From contig JBDKTL010000025.1 of the NCBI GenBank assembly GCA_039698055.1, positions 1 to 38,644 of the forward strand: a stretch of 38,644 nt of DNA, written 5' to 3'. The stretch is from Methanoregula sp. GTDB taxonomy: Archaea; Halobacteriota; Methanomicrobia; Methanomicrobiales; Methanospirillaceae. Each line of letters opens with the position of its first letter. Positions within the stretch are counted from its first letter, which is position 1. A program made the translations under genes and the position numbers. The notes under the pieces are model-generated. The model was not told the DNA's origin. It did no database searches and saw only the letters and a list, made by a program, of their open reading frames with translations. This document shows positions 37,385-38,644 of the stretch, piece after piece.

Positions 37385-37570
37385 TCTTTAATGTAGTGCT
37401 GGTTCTGGCAAAAAAACAGTAGGGAATGCCCGCCAACCTATGAAATCTCTTTTCATGGCTTTTGAAAAACGGTAAACCCGTTGCCATGTATTCGTACAAG
37501 GTTCCCGGCCGGGATTCCGCCAAGCAACAAAAAAGAAAACTGTAAACTTACAGAGCACTGACATGATCGC

Positions 37571-38464
37571 ATGCATCGCTACCAGTTCAAAAAGATCGAT
37601 GCGTTTGTGACCGGGTTGTCGTCCGGTAATCCAGCGGGATGCGTGTACCTTCCGGATGGGAATGCACTTTCTCCAGCCGGGATGCAACAAATCGCACGGG
37701 AACTTGCCGGTTACGTGAGCGAGGTGGTGTATTTATGGCGGGAAGCCGGGCACACCACATTTTGCTATTACTCGGCCGAACGGGAAGTTGCATTCTGTGG
37801 GCATGGGACGATTGCTGCCATGTACGATCTCATAAAAAATGATCCGAACCTGATATATGATCCCATCATCCGGATTCATGTCGGGGATAATACCTTGCTT
37901 GTAAAAAATGAGATACAGTCTGCGGATTCGGTTTTTGTCAGCGCCCCGCAACCGGTATTTTTATCAACGGATCTTACCGTGGATCATATTGCCGCAGCAT
38001 TAAAAATAAAACCCGGTGATATCGAAGGTTCAAAACCAATTGCGTTTATAAATGCCGGGCTGGCAACGCTCATTGTTCCAATACCTTCTCTTCAGACCCT
38101 TCTTTCAATCCATCCCGATCAAGCCAATTTAAAAGAGTTCTGCCTTTCGCATGCCATTGACCTCATTTTGGTCTTCTCAGAAGAAGTGTCATCTCCAGAA
38201 AGCCAGTACCGGACCCGGGTATTTGCTCCCCTATATGGGTATCTTGAAGATCCTGCAACGGGGTCTGGTAATGCAGCACTGGGATACCACCTGCTTACTG
38301 CTGGTGCATGGGATGGAAAGATGATTTCCATCGAACAGGGGCGGAGCAGGGAACATCCCAATATTATAAAACTGGTTTGCGATGAATCGCAGCAGCACCG
38401 AACCGTCTATTTCGGCGGGAATGCGATCGTCAGGATCGAAGGGGAGTATCTCCTCCAGATGTGA
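37571..38464 (+). CDS. PhzF-family isomerase/epimerase
   Basis: IDAF.....GNPAG, SE, EVAFCGHGT, RVFAP..G..EDPATGS, IEQG. Confidence 0.9.
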   Translation: MHRYQFKKIDAFVTGLSSGNPAGCVYLPDGNALSPAGMQQIARELAGYVSEVVYLWREAGHTTFCYYSAEREVAFCGHGTIAAMYDLIKNDPNLIYDPIIRIHVGDNTLLVKNEIQSADSVFVSAPQPVFLSTDLTVDHIAAALKIKPGDIEGSKPIAFINAGLATLIVPIPSLQTLLSIHPDQANLKEFCLSHAIDLILVFSEEVSSPESQYRTRVFAPLYGYLEDPATGSGNAALGYHLLTAGAWDGKMISIEQGRSREHPNIIKLVCDESQQHRTVYFGGNAIVRIEGEYLLQM

Positions 38465-38519
38465 TGTTGATTTTTTTTACCAGTTCTTTTGAGATTCTCG
38501 CGTAATTTTGATCTAAAAT

Positions 38520-38644
38520 AGGACTTACGCAAAAGCGGGATCAAACCGGCAGATCAAAATAATTTAACGACAGAAGAAAAGACCGTGGACAAGTCACGGA
38601 AGATAACCGACTTGGATTACATCAATTTCCTTGTAGTTGCGCAA
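38520..38644 (+). mobile_element. IS701-family insertion sequence, left end and transposase start (truncated)
   Basis: AGGACTTACGCA terminus at 38520. GTG 38585 opens MDKSRKITDLDYINFLVVAQ, matching the DYINFL N-terminus I recall for IS701 transposases. Confidence 0.7.

Noticed and set aside
37571-38464. Phenazine or methanophenazine biosynthesis cluster
   Set aside because: Lone PhzF-fold gene without phzA/B/D/E/G. Such proteins are widespread isomerases or racemases.
1-38644. Composite transposon, provirus or defence island; tRNA or rRNA genes
   Set aside because: The terminal IS elements belong to different families. I recognised no integrase, viral, restriction or toxin-antitoxin genes and no cloverleaf or rRNA signatures.

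Overview
Chromosomal segment of a methanogenic archaeon, most likely Methanomicrobiales (Methanoregula-like). This is inferred from archaeal aIF-1A, Nre, AqpM, DUF2193/DUF2180, the COG1361 and HAE3 envelope module, and TATA-type promoters. The window holds about 40 protein genes. I found no rRNA, tRNA or cas genes. Both ends are cut inside insertion sequences: an IS1595-family transposase start at the left and an IS701-family start at the right. Main content: a stress and repair block (msrB, Fe-S aldo/keto reductase, uvsE, mntP, ferritin/rubrerythrin-like, two Cys-bearing HxlR regulators with one frameshifted, nre-dinB, tspO); an AguB-AguA fusion; an ABC + COG1361 + HAE3-RND export module; and several transporters and channels. 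The most unusual items are: (1) an aIF-1A gene with no in-frame ATG/GTG/TTG that appears to start at ATT; (2) a TM-PAS-histidine-kinase-like sensor that lacks the H-box His and is fused to a GNAT domain; (3) a DUF2193-DUF2180-aquaporin operon with an NTA loop; (4) a 320-bp IS1595-derived MITE with a strongly structured GC-rich interior; (5) a stand-alone ArcS-motif (DUF5591) gene beside a glutamine amidotransferase; (6) small ORFs missed by the ORF track. Family assignments come from motif recognition by eye; no database search was run.
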